From positions 16,980 to 80,979 of the IMG/VR virus record IMGVR_UViG_3300038525_000015: a DNA stretch of 64,000 nucleotides. One strand, 5' to 3'. This document shows positions 26,389-34,228 of this stretch, one piece after another. Source of the stretch: a virus (taxonomy: Duplodnaviria; Caudoviricetes). The notes below the pieces were generated by a model. The model did not search any database, was not told where the DNA came from, and was given only the letters and a program-made list of their open reading frames with translations. Position 1 is the stretch's first letter; each line of letters starts with the position of its first letter. Both the position numbers and the translations under genes were made by a program.

Positions 26389-26766
26389 ATGCAAATCTGC
26401 ACCATCACCCCTTCACAGCGTGAGGCCGACGCCGCTTGGCTGGCCGAGCGCATGGCCTCCTACACCGGAGCGATCCAACGCCTTCCGGGGTTCGAACGCG
26501 CCGCCCCGGCGCCCAGCCGGCCCAACTGGATAGACCCCGAAACCAAGCTGCGTCGCCGTCGCAACGTCTCGCCCGGCCGCAACCTGGCGCAGCGCATCAA
26601 GGCCCTGGCTCAGATCGAAATCGACGGCGTGACGATCGCGCGCAGCGCTGCCGAGATTGCACGCCAGCTGCGTGCGGACGGCATGCGCATCACCTCGACC
26701 CAGGTTGAGATCACTGCTGCGCGCAACGGTATCGAGCTGCGGGAGCTGGGCCGTGCGGTTCGCTGA
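26389..26766 (+). CDS. Hypothetical protein with HTH-like C-terminus
   Basis: GGAG RBS; 'SAAEIARQL'. Confidence 0.7.
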   Translation: MQICTITPSQREADAAWLAERMASYTGAIQRLPGFERAAPAPSRPNWIDPETKLRRRRNVSPGRNLAQRIKALAQIEIDGVTIARSAAEIARQLRADGMRITSTQVEITAARNGIELRELGRAVR

Positions 26767-26911
26767 TCCGCTGGACGCGGTACGGCATGCGGCCTACCGC
26801 GCAACGGTTACCGGCCAGCCCTGGGGCGTCTACGACCTGGGCCGGCGCGTCATCACCGCCCTGCTCGGCCGGATCAGTGCTGAGCGCCTGCTGGAGACCT
26901 GCCATCCATGA
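26753..26911 (+). CDS. Hypothetical protein, 52 aa
   Basis: GTG start; MRFADPLDAVRHAAY...LLETCHP. Confidence 0.55.
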   Translation: MRFADPLDAVRHAAYRATVTGQPWGVYDLGRRVITALLGRISAERLLETCHP

Positions 26912-27045
26912 CGGCCATGACACAGAAGGAACGCAGCGCCAAGTCAGCCGCAAAGCGCGCTGCAGCCGGCGAGCGCGAGCTGCGCATCCGCGCGAGCTGG
27001 ATAGCGGCGCGGCCTCGGTGGACGATGAGTAGGGAGCGAGCATGA
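26908..27045 (+). CDS. Basic peptide, 45 aa (not in ORF track)
   Basis: ATGA coupling on both sides; 'TQKERSAKSAAKRAAAGERELR'. Confidence 0.45.
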   Translation: MTAMTQKERSAKSAAKRAAAGERELRIRASWIAARPRWTMSRERA

Positions 27046-27827
27046 CCCGCAGCACATCCAACCCCTTCACGCAGCTCACCCTGCCGACGACCCTCTCTGA
27101 TCTGATCGTGGCGCGAGAAAAGGCAGTCAGTCTTCACCGGCAGGCGCGCAAGCTGAACGAAGCAGCCGAGGATCTGCTCGGCCAGGTCGGCAGCTACCTG
27201 ATGCCGTTCAGTGCGCAGTTCCGGGATTCCGATCTGCGCTCAGTTCGAGAGCTGGACGGCAATATGTGGCGACGCGCGTTCGACCTGACCGGTTTTCGCC
27301 AGTTGATGGATGCCGAGACGGTCTCTGAGTTTGAGCGAGGCCTCGCGCCAGAACCGCCAGAGTTCACTGAGGACAACATCCGGGCCACGTTCATCGACCT
27401 GCACCAGCGGGCCGGCGAGATGTTCCGGCGCGGCGTGGTCAACGTGTTTCGCGGCCTGTCCGACGCCTACCGCACCAATGCCAACGAGCCGTTCCGCATC
27501 GGGCGCAAGGTCGTGATGGGCTACATGATTCAGCTCGGCTGGACGCGCGGCCTGCAGGTACGCCACGGGCCCGGGCAGGACAAGCTCAACGACATTGACC
27601 GCGTTATCAAGACACTGGACGGCAAGCAGTTCAAGGCGCGCGATCTTGAGGCGTCCATGAATGCGGCCTTCCAGGACTGCGCGGTTTTCGAGGACGCCTA
27701 CTACCGGGCGCGCGCGTTCAAGAACGGCAACATGCACCTCGAATTCCTGCGACCAGACTTGCTAGACCTGCTCAACGAGCAGATTGCTGAGCATTACGGC
27801 GAAAGTGCCCTGGCGCATGCGGTGTGA
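27042..27827 (+). CDS. DUF4942-like protein
   Basis: 'WRRAFDLTG', 'EFTEDNIRATF', 'FKNGNMHLEF.RPDL'. Confidence 0.75.
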   Translation: MTRSTSNPFTQLTLPTTLSDLIVAREKAVSLHRQARKLNEAAEDLLGQVGSYLMPFSAQFRDSDLRSVRELDGNMWRRAFDLTGFRQLMDAETVSEFERGLAPEPPEFTEDNIRATFIDLHQRAGEMFRRGVVNVFRGLSDAYRTNANEPFRIGRKVVMGYMIQLGWTRGLQVRHGPGQDKLNDIDRVIKTLDGKQFKARDLEASMNAAFQDCAVFEDAYYRARAFKNGNMHLEFLRPDLLDLLNEQIAEHYGESALAHAV

Positions 27828-27846
27828 GCCGAATCCTGGAGAGGCC

Positions 27847-28767
27847 ATGAACAGCCCGCCCCACCGCCTCGCCCTCACCGGCATAGCGCTCATGCTGTCC
27901 AGCGTCACAGTGGTTTCGGTATGCCTGGCCATCCTCGCGCTGATCACCGACCCGGTTCTGCGCTGGCTGTTCGCCGGCGGAGCGGTGCTGCTGGATCTGG
28001 CCAAGTACCTCTCGTGGCCACTGACTGCGCACCTGATGTCCGCCGGCCGCCAGTGGCTCGCCGCGGCGCTGATTGTCTGCGCCCTGGTGCTGGCCTCAGT
28101 GTCTGGCTGGGCGACCTATGACCGGCTGATGGCCGGGATGCTTGGCGGGTACGGCGCAGCAGCGGCAACGCAGCAGCGGATCGCAGACATTGAGGCGGCC
28201 AGACAGATCGACCTGGCGCACCTGGCTGCGCTGGACGCCGAGCGAGCATCCACGCAGATGCAGGCGGGTGCGCTGCGGCAACGCGGGATCGCCAGCAAGG
28301 CCCAGCAGCTTGAGGATGCCAAGGACGCGCAGCGCGAGAAAGCACGCCAGCGGCTGGATGACAGCTCCCGCGAGCTGGCCGAGCTGCGCGCCGTGCCTGC
28401 CAGGTCGGCCAGCCTGCCGCCGGGCTTGGCCGCCCTGCTCTGCATCGGGTTCGCGCTGGCCCTGGAGCTTGTTCCGGCGCTGTTGCTGGTCGCCCTGCGT
28501 GGCGTTGCCGGAGAGAAACAGCGCGAGAACACCCCGGAAACACAGCCGGCAACGCCGGAAACGCAGCCGGAAACAGATGCTGACGATGACCCCATGCTGC
28601 ACGCGCTGCTGCGGACCATCACCAGCGCTGGCCCTGGCTCGCCTGTTGTCCTGCGCGAGTTCGTGCGCTCGGCTGGGGTCGGAAATGCCCGGGCCAAGCG
28701 GCTGTTCCAGGCCGCAGAAGAGCGCGGCGCGCTGAAACGGACGGCTACTGGGTACGTGGCCGCCTGA
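27847..28767 (+). CDS. Membrane protein with coiled coil and C-terminal HTH-like domain
   Basis: Three N-terminal TM segments, coiled coil, fourth TM, 'GVGNARAKRLF'. Confidence 0.75.
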   Translation: MNSPPHRLALTGIALMLSSVTVVSVCLAILALITDPVLRWLFAGGAVLLDLAKYLSWPLTAHLMSAGRQWLAAALIVCALVLASVSGWATYDRLMAGMLGGYGAAAATQQRIADIEAARQIDLAHLAALDAERASTQMQAGALRQRGIASKAQQLEDAKDAQREKARQRLDDSSRELAELRAVPARSASLPPGLAALLCIGFALALELVPALLLVALRGVAGEKQRENTPETQPATPETQPETDADDDPMLHALLRTITSAGPGSPVVLREFVRSAGVGNARAKRLFQAAEERGALKRTATGYVAA

Positions 28768-28787
28768 TCGAAATTCGAGAGAACACC

Positions 28788-28904
28788 ATGAATCGACCAA
28801 CGTACTGCAGGACGACCGGCCAGCGTGTCGGCGTCTGCGCCTGTTACAGGTGCAAGCCGGCAGAGACTGATCGCGCCCAGGTGGCGCAAGGGGAATGGAA
28901 GTGA
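28788..28904 (+). CDS. 38-aa Cys-rich peptide (not in ORF track)
   Basis: MNRPTYCRTTGQRVGVCACYRCKP. Confidence 0.55.
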   Translation: MNRPTYCRTTGQRVGVCACYRCKPAETDRAQVAQGEWK

Positions 28905-29596
28905 GCGAATTCAAAGTGCCGAACGGCTGGAAGCTGGCGCCGGAAGAGCCGACGCGCGAGATGTTCGTGGCTGCCAACAAGGCGGACGACAAGGCCTATG
29001 CTGGCGGCTGCCACCACGGCGCAGACAATGAGGATATTTGGCACGCCATGCTCGCCGCCGCCCCTGCTGCACCGACTGCGGACGGAACCACCAGCGACAA
29101 ATACCGCGCCGAGCTGTACGACGAGGTTTGGCAGCGAGCGCGTGATATGGGCTATGGGAACGTGACTGATGCGCTGGTCGAGCTAGAGCGCATGAAGGCG
29201 GCTGCGCCGGCAGTGCAGGCCGATGAGGAATGCGCTCACGAGTTTGTGCCGTTCCGTTCCGGCTGCACGAAATGCGGCGAACCATACGCTGCGCCGGTAG
29301 TGCAGGCAGAGCAGGAGCCGGTGGCTTGGGACGTGTTCTATAGCGATGACGACTGTCTCGCTCGCACGGCGCGCACCAAGAAAGAGGCTGAACACTATTC
29401 AGGCATGGCCTACTACGTGAAGCCGCTTTATTACGCCGCCCCGCCTGCCCATCCTGACGCCGCGCTGGTGGAGGCGCTGGAGCGTGCTTCGAAGGTGATG
29501 TGGTCGGCCGAATGCAATCTCGACGTTGAAGCACAGGAGATTGAACGTGTCCTGACGGCCTATCGCGCCGCCCTGGCCGGCAAAGGAGGTGAGTGA
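28901..29596 (+). CDS. Mosaic hypothetical phage protein
   Basis: 'VPNGWKLAPEEPTREM', 'WHAMLAAAP', 'QEPVAW' modules. Confidence 0.8.
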   Translation: MSEFKVPNGWKLAPEEPTREMFVAANKADDKAYAGGCHHGADNEDIWHAMLAAAPAAPTADGTTSDKYRAELYDEVWQRARDMGYGNVTDALVELERMKAAAPAVQADEECAHEFVPFRSGCTKCGEPYAAPVVQAEQEPVAWDVFYSDDDCLARTARTKKEAEHYSGMAYYVKPLYYAAPPAHPDAALVEALERASKVMWSAECNLDVEAQEIERVLTAYRAALAGKGGE

Positions 29597-29868
29597 TGGA
29601 GAAGATGAGTGAAGTGGAGAAGATGCGGGAAGAGTTTGAGGCGTGGGCGGGACAGTACGGTTACAGCCTGGAGCGCGACAGCGAGGCCGGCGGCTACTAC
29701 GCAGACAGCGCAGACTTGGCTTGGCCAGCCTGGCAAGCCTCCCGCGCCACCCTGGTGGTGGAGCTGCCGGAAACAAGCCTGACCGGATCTATCGGAGTAG
29801 CGCACAAGGCGGTCACGAAGCGATGCCGAGAGGCAATCGAAGCCGCCGGCGTGAGGGTCAAGGCATGA
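29596..29868 (+). CDS. Hypothetical phage protein
   Basis: 'MREEFEAWA', 'WQASRATLVVELP'. Confidence 0.75.
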   Translation: MEKMSEVEKMREEFEAWAGQYGYSLERDSEAGGYYADSADLAWPAWQASRATLVVELPETSLTGSIGVAHKAVTKRCREAIEAAGVRVKA

Positions 29869-30281
29869 CCCGCCGCCTCATCCACGCCGAGATCGAAGCC
29901 CAGGCCGGGAAGCGCTGGGCGGACTTCATCCTGCAGGAAGGCGAGTTCGGCGGCCCGCGCGACAGCTACCCGCCGAAGCCGAGACCGGTGATGGCAGACC
30001 AGCCGGAGCCGCAGATGCTGGACCGCTCGCCGATCGCCAGCCGCCACATCGCCGAAACCGGCGAAACGGTGCTGGAAACGGCACGCCGCTACCGGGCGCA
30101 GGGCGTGCGGATCTCAACCGCAGCGGCTCGCATCGGATTTGCCCACGGCGGCGCCCTGCGGGACTACATGAAGCGCAGCGGACAGGAGTGTCCGTGGCCG
30201 TCTCGGCGGAAGGCGCAACCAATCTCCGCACCGACCATCACAGCTCCGCCCTGTCCCGCTCATCCGTCATCAAGATCTTGA
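29865..30281 (+). CDS. Hypothetical protein with HTH-like segment
   Basis: ATGA coupling; 'STAAARIGF'. Confidence 0.55.
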   Translation: MTRRLIHAEIEAQAGKRWADFILQEGEFGGPRDSYPPKPRPVMADQPEPQMLDRSPIASRHIAETGETVLETARRYRAQGVRISTAAARIGFAHGGALRDYMKRSGQECPWPSRRKAQPISAPTITAPPCPAHPSSRS

Positions 30282-30486
30282 GCCGGTGAAGCGCGACCAG
30301 ATCGCCGCCAACCTGTTCGCGCCAGGCGTCGTGGATGGTCTTGTACATCTGGTCTATCTCGCGGATCACGCGCCGGTAGCGCTCGACCTCTAGCGTCAGG
30401 CGGCGCACGTCTTCAGCGCGGGGCTCGGCCCACATGCGACGCATCTCGCTTCGCGTGACGGGCCGGAACTCAGGAAGTTTGTTCAT
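30238..30486 (-). CDS. Hypothetical protein, opposite strand, 82 aa
   Basis: GAGGAG RBS; amphipathic helices 'VRRLTLEVERYRRVI'. Confidence 0.75.
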   Translation of the reverse strand: MNKLPEFRPVTRSEMRRMWAEPRAEDVRRLTLEVERYRRVIREIDQMYKTIHDAWREQVGGDLVALHRLKILMTDERDRAEL

Positions 30487-30569
30487 GGCAGCTCCTCTGT
30501 GCGGAGCTTGCCATATCCCTTTTTCACATCACACAGACTGCCGGCTCCGGTCGGCGGAGAGGTATTGCT

Positions 30570-31169
30570 ATGCCAACCGGATACACCGCCGCCATCAAGG
30601 ACGGCATCACCTTCGAACAGTTCGCCATGAACTGCGCCCGCGCATTCGGCGCTTGCATCACCCTGCGCGACGAGTCTGGCGGCGGCGAGAAGATCCCGGA
30701 ACGCTTCGAGCCGAGCGACTACCACCAGCGCAAGTTGATCGAGGCTCGGGATCAGATCGCCGAGATCGACGCATTAACGCCGGATGAGTGCGAACAGCGC
30801 GCAGCGGAAGAACACCGCCAAAACGAAGCGCTCCGTTGTGAGCGCCTGCGCGAGAACAAGGCCCTGCAACAGAAGTACGACCAGATGCTCGACTCTGTGA
30901 ACGCCTGGATACCGCCCAGCGCGGACCACCTCAAACTGCGGGAGTTCATGCGAGATCAGATCCAGCAGAGCGCCAAGTTTGATTGCGACACCGAGTTCTA
31001 CAGCAAGCCCACGCAGAGTCTGAACGGAACTGAATGGAAGGCGCAGCGCATCGCGAAACTCCAACATGACATCGACTACCACGCCCGGGAACAAGCCGCC
31101 GAAGTCGGGCGCACCAACCAGCGCAACGAGTGGATCCGCCTGCTGCGCGAGAGCCTGCAGCCCGCTTAA
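30570..31169 (+). CDS. Conserved-looking phage hypothetical protein, 199 aa
   Basis: GAGG RBS; MPTGYTAAIKDGITFEQFAMNCARAFGA. Confidence 0.8.
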   Translation: MPTGYTAAIKDGITFEQFAMNCARAFGACITLRDESGGGEKIPERFEPSDYHQRKLIEARDQIAEIDALTPDECEQRAAEEHRQNEALRCERLRENKALQQKYDQMLDSVNAWIPPSADHLKLREFMRDQIQQSAKFDCDTEFYSKPTQSLNGTEWKAQRIAKLQHDIDYHAREQAAEVGRTNQRNEWIRLLRESLQPA

Positions 31170-31223
31170 CCCCACCCCATCGCATTCCCCCGGCCAGGCG
31201 CCGGGGTGGAGAGGTATTGCCCA

Positions 31224-31430
31224 ATGGAACCGATGTTTCTCAGCCAGGAAGAAGTGCGCGAGCTGACGGGCGCCGGGACGAAGGCCGGCCAGATCCGCAC
31301 CTTGCGCCAGAACGGCATCCGGCACACGATCAAGGCAAACGGCTGGCCTTGCGTCCCCCGCGCCGCTGTACTCGGCCAGCATCACCAGCCGCAAGAAAGC
31401 GCCACCTGGAAGCCTCGAAAGGCCGGATGA
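31224..31430 (+). CDS. Excisionase-like protein (DUF4224 type)
   Basis: 'FLSQEEVRELTG....Q...L...GI......GWP.V'; directly upstream of int. Confidence 0.8.
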   Translation: MEPMFLSQEEVRELTGAGTKAGQIRTLRQNGIRHTIKANGWPCVPRAAVLGQHHQPQESATWKPRKAG

Positions 31431-31431
31431 C

Positions 31432-32466
31432 ATGGGAAGACGACCGACAAAGCCGGGCGCGATCGCTCGGCTCAGGGAGCGCCGCAAGCCCAGCGGCAAG
31501 GTGTATTACTACTACGACGCTGGCGGGAAGCCTCGCCGGGAAATCCCGCTGGGCAGCGACTACGGCATGGCCATCGTCAAATACGCCGAGCTCGAGCGCG
31601 ACCGGACGGCGGACGGCATTCGCCAGGCGGTGATCACCTTCGCCTACGTCGCGGACCAGTACCTGATCGAGATCGTGCCCACCAAGGCGCCGGGCACCCA
31701 GGACAAGAACAAGCAAGAGCTGGCCCGTCTCAAGGAGTTTTTTTGCGACCCGCCTGCGCCGCTGGAGGCCATCCAGCCGCAGCACGTCAAGCAGTACCTG
31801 CGTTGGCGGAAAAGCGCGCCGGTATCCGCGAACCGCGAGAAGGCGCTGTTGTCGGCCATCTGGAATTACGCCCGCGAAGCTGGATATACCGCGCTGGCCA
31901 ACCCCTGCGCCGGGGTCAAAGGCAACAAGGAGAAAGGCCGCGTCAACGTATACATCGAGGACAGCATGTTCCAGGCAGTCTACCAGGTGGGATGCGCCGG
32001 CTTGCGGGATGCCATGGACCTGGCCTACCTGACCGGCCAGCGCGTTGGCGACACCCTGCGCATGGATGAGCGCGACATCCGAGACGGACACATCGCGATC
32101 ACCCAGGCCAAGACCAAGGCGAAACGGCGAATCGAGATTGCCGGGGAACTGGCCGCGCTGGTCGAGAGGATCAAGGCGCGGAAGGCGGGTCACAAGGTCC
32201 GCTCAACGCGGCTGGTTGTGACAGAGGACGGCGCACCCATGACGGCGGCGATGCTGCGGGGCAGGTTCGACAAGGCCAGGGAGGCTGCCGGAATCCCGAA
32301 AGCTGAATTCCAGTTCCGCGACCTACGGGCCAAGGCCGGCACCGACAAGGCGGAATCGAGCGGCGACATCATGCAGGCTCGCGATCAGCTCGGGCACACC
32401 AGCGTGGTGATGACCGAGCAGTACATCCGCGAGCGTCGAGGGAAAAAGGTCTCGCCAACGCGGTAA
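31432..32466 (+). CDS. int: Tyrosine integrase
   Basis: 'LTGQRVGD', 'FRDLRAKA', 'LGHTSVVMTEQY'. Confidence 0.97.
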   Translation: MGRRPTKPGAIARLRERRKPSGKVYYYYDAGGKPRREIPLGSDYGMAIVKYAELERDRTADGIRQAVITFAYVADQYLIEIVPTKAPGTQDKNKQELARLKEFFCDPPAPLEAIQPQHVKQYLRWRKSAPVSANREKALLSAIWNYAREAGYTALANPCAGVKGNKEKGRVNVYIEDSMFQAVYQVGCAGLRDAMDLAYLTGQRVGDTLRMDERDIRDGHIAITQAKTKAKRRIEIAGELAALVERIKARKAGHKVRSTRLVVTEDGAPMTAAMLRGRFDKAREAAGIPKAEFQFRDLRAKAGTDKAESSGDIMQARDQLGHTSVVMTEQYIRERRGKKVSPTR

Positions 32467-32481
32467 AAACGCTCGATTTCC

Positions 32482-32576
32482 GGTCCGCAATTTTTTCAGA
32501 CCCCGCGCCGCACGCGGCTTTGAAAGGGGCAAAATCAGCTCCGTTGCGGACCAAAAAATGCCTCAAGCCATTGATA
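32482..32576. promoter_or_regulatory. Prophage 1 att arm: inverted integrase arm-type sites and IHF site
   Basis: GGTCCGCAA (32482) and its inverse TTGCGGACC (32544); TATCAATGGCTTG on minus strand (32564-32576) matches WATCAANNNNTTR. Confidence 0.65.
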
Positions 32577-32591
32577 TTGCTGGATTTGTCT

Positions 32592-32651
32592 GGAGACTTA
32601 AAATCTCTCGCTCGCAAGAGTGTGCCGGTTCGAGTCCGGCTTCGGGCACCA
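32592..32651 (+). pseudogene. 3' fragment of tRNA-Leu(UAA); att site of prophage 1
   Basis: GGAGACTTAAAATCTCT, long variable arm, GGTTCGAGTCC, CACCA end; 5' half replaced by phage DNA. Confidence 0.9.
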
Positions 32652-32786
32652 GAATATCCCTCGCCCCAACGGCACCTCCGCCCCCCAGAGGAGATGCTGA
32701 GCCTCCCCTCAATCCTGATCCCTCGCCATAAATGCCAGCGCGCGCAAGTGCCGGGGAAACGATTGGGAATTATTGATACGCAAATG

Positions 32787-32820
32787 AAAAAGCCCCGTAG
32801 ACCTGAATCTACGGGGCTTT
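32787..32820. terminator. Bidirectional terminator between the convergent tRNA ends
   Basis: AAAAAGCCCCGTAGA-CCTGAA-TCTACGGGGCTTT. Confidence 0.8.
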
Positions 32821-32827
32821 CCAATAG

Positions 32828-32874
32828 TGGAGGCCGAGGTCGGAATCGAACCGGCGTACACGGATTTGCAATCC
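32828..32874 (-). pseudogene. 3' fragment of tRNA-Cys(GCA); att site of prophage 2
   Basis: GGATTGCAAATCC-GTGTAC-GCCGGTTCGATTCCGAC-CTCGGCCTCCA; 5' half absent. Confidence 0.9.
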
Positions 32875-32891
32875 GACGAACAACCCTTTAA

Positions 32892-32990
32892 TTTCAATAC
32901 GTTAGCCGATTTTCGTTTCCGCAATCAAGCGCTTTCGTGGCGTTTCTAGGCCGCCAAGGGCGCGGGTCTGGCTTTTCGATGCGGAAACGA
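32892..32990. promoter_or_regulatory. Prophage 2 att arm: IHF-like site and inverted arm-type sites
   Basis: TTTCAATACGTTA (32892); TCGTTTCCGCA (32913) and inverse TGCGGAAACGA (32980). Confidence 0.6.
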
Positions 32991-33022
32991 TTTCGGCTCC
33001 CCCTTCTCCCGCTCTGGGCACC

Positions 33023-33190
33023 TCATTTGCACCACGTCTCATGCAGCGGCTGACGGTTCGGGCGGCACTGGCTCAGCTCAATGATGTGCGCTGCGCCCTC
33101 CCGAACCGCAGCAACCTCACGCGTGCCCATTTCCCGCAGTAAAACCATACCCAGCAGCATCAGGACGCCGATCAAAATCGGGATTTTCAT
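33023..33190 (-). CDS. Small membrane-anchored protein, 55 aa
   Basis: GGAG RBS; MKIPILIGVLMLLGMVLL. Confidence 0.55.
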   Translation of the reverse strand: MKIPILIGVLMLLGMVLLREMGTREVAAVREGAAHIIELSQCRPNRQPLHETWCK

Positions 33191-33342
33191 GAAGGAGCTC
33201 CGTTGTGGGGGAGCCAGGATGGTATGCCCCGCCGCAGGGCCTGTCCGCAATCCGCGATGTCGAATAATGCCCGATGCCCGTCGTGCCCCCGCACACAGGC
33301 CGGGGTAATATCGCGAGGCCACCATTACAAGGAGCCTCGTTC

Positions 33343-33939
33343 GTGAAGAAAGGAATACTTGCCCTGGCAGCAGCCTCCCTCGCGCTGGTCGGATGTGCCA
33401 GTACGAAGCTGACCGCCTACACCGATCCAGCTTTTCAGAACGCTCCGTACAGAAACTTTGTCGCTCACGCGACAAATGGAGATTTGGAGACGCAACGTCT
33501 ATTTTCCTCGAAGGCCTGCGAGGCACTCCGATCACGGAAAGCCACCTGCACGCCCGCACTGGATATCTTTCCTCCAACGCGCCAGTACACCGATGGCGAA
33601 GTCACGAAAACGCTCAAGGCACGCGGAGTTGATGGCTACCTTTTGATTGCCATCGGGGGAGGCTCCAGTTCCAGCCAATACCTCGGCAGCCAATCTCTGG
33701 CTACGGTCAACGCTTACGGTACGAGTATCAGCAGCACGAACGTGGCTGCGTACTCACATGCTCGCCAGCAGAGCTATGATCTCGTGCTTATTGATATCGC
33801 AACGCAAGAGCGGGCCTGGGTAGGCGGCGCACGGGTTTCTGGCCAGGGAGCTCTCAACGTTACCGACGAAGCATTTGCTTCTAGCCTGAGCATCGAACTG
33901 GTAACCGCTCTTAGAAAAGCCGGCCACATCACCAAGTAA
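33343..33939 (+). CDS. Moron lipoprotein, 198 aa
   Basis: AAGGAG RBS, GTG start; lipobox LVGC; lower GC; opposite to late genes. Confidence 0.85.
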   Translation: MKKGILALAAASLALVGCASTKLTAYTDPAFQNAPYRNFVAHATNGDLETQRLFSSKACEALRSRKATCTPALDIFPPTRQYTDGEVTKTLKARGVDGYLLIAIGGGSSSSQYLGSQSLATVNAYGTSISSTNVAAYSHARQQSYDLVLIDIATQERAWVGGARVSGQGALNVTDEAFASSLSIELVTALRKAGHITK

Positions 33940-33985
33940 AACCTGTTGGCATGCCCGTCCCTCGCAATCCCCTCCCCCTGTCGGT

Positions 33986-34228
33986 ATGTTCGAGGACATG
34001 GACATCCAAACCCTCATCGGCGCGGCTCTCGGCCTGCTGTTCCTCGGCGCCCTGGTTATGACTCAGATGCCGAAGGAGTGGCAGACCATAGGCGGCTGGC
34101 TCCTGGTCAGCCTGGCCGGTATCCCCCTGTTCGGGGTCGTCCTCGCCGTTCTGATCAAGGTCCCCCTGCTGCTATTCGGCGCAGTGGCCTGGGCCTGCTT
34201 CCATGCAGGCCGCAGCAGCCGGCGCTGA
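33986..34228 (+). CDS. Small multi-TM membrane protein, 80 aa
   Basis: Almost entirely hydrophobic, basic tail. Confidence 0.7.
   Translation: MFEDMDIQTLIGAALGLLFLGALVMTQMPKEWQTIGGWLLVSLAGIPLFGVVLAVLIKVPLLLFGAVAWACFHAGRSSRR

Larger units (their letters stand above)
1..32651. mobile_element. Prophage 1 (lambdoid organisation; left end outside window), integrated at tRNA-Leu(UAA)
   Basis: Continuous head, lysis, Nin/Q, replication, cro/cI, recombination, xis and int modules ending at a 3' tRNA-Leu fragment. Confidence 0.95.

Noticed and set aside
32592-32874. Functional tRNA-Leu and tRNA-Cys genes
   Set aside because: Both lack the 5' acceptor strand and D arm; they are att duplications
33023-33577. 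184-aa minus-strand ORF call
   Set aside because: Only the last 55 codons have an RBS and protein-like composition; the rest is antisense to the lipoprotein gene
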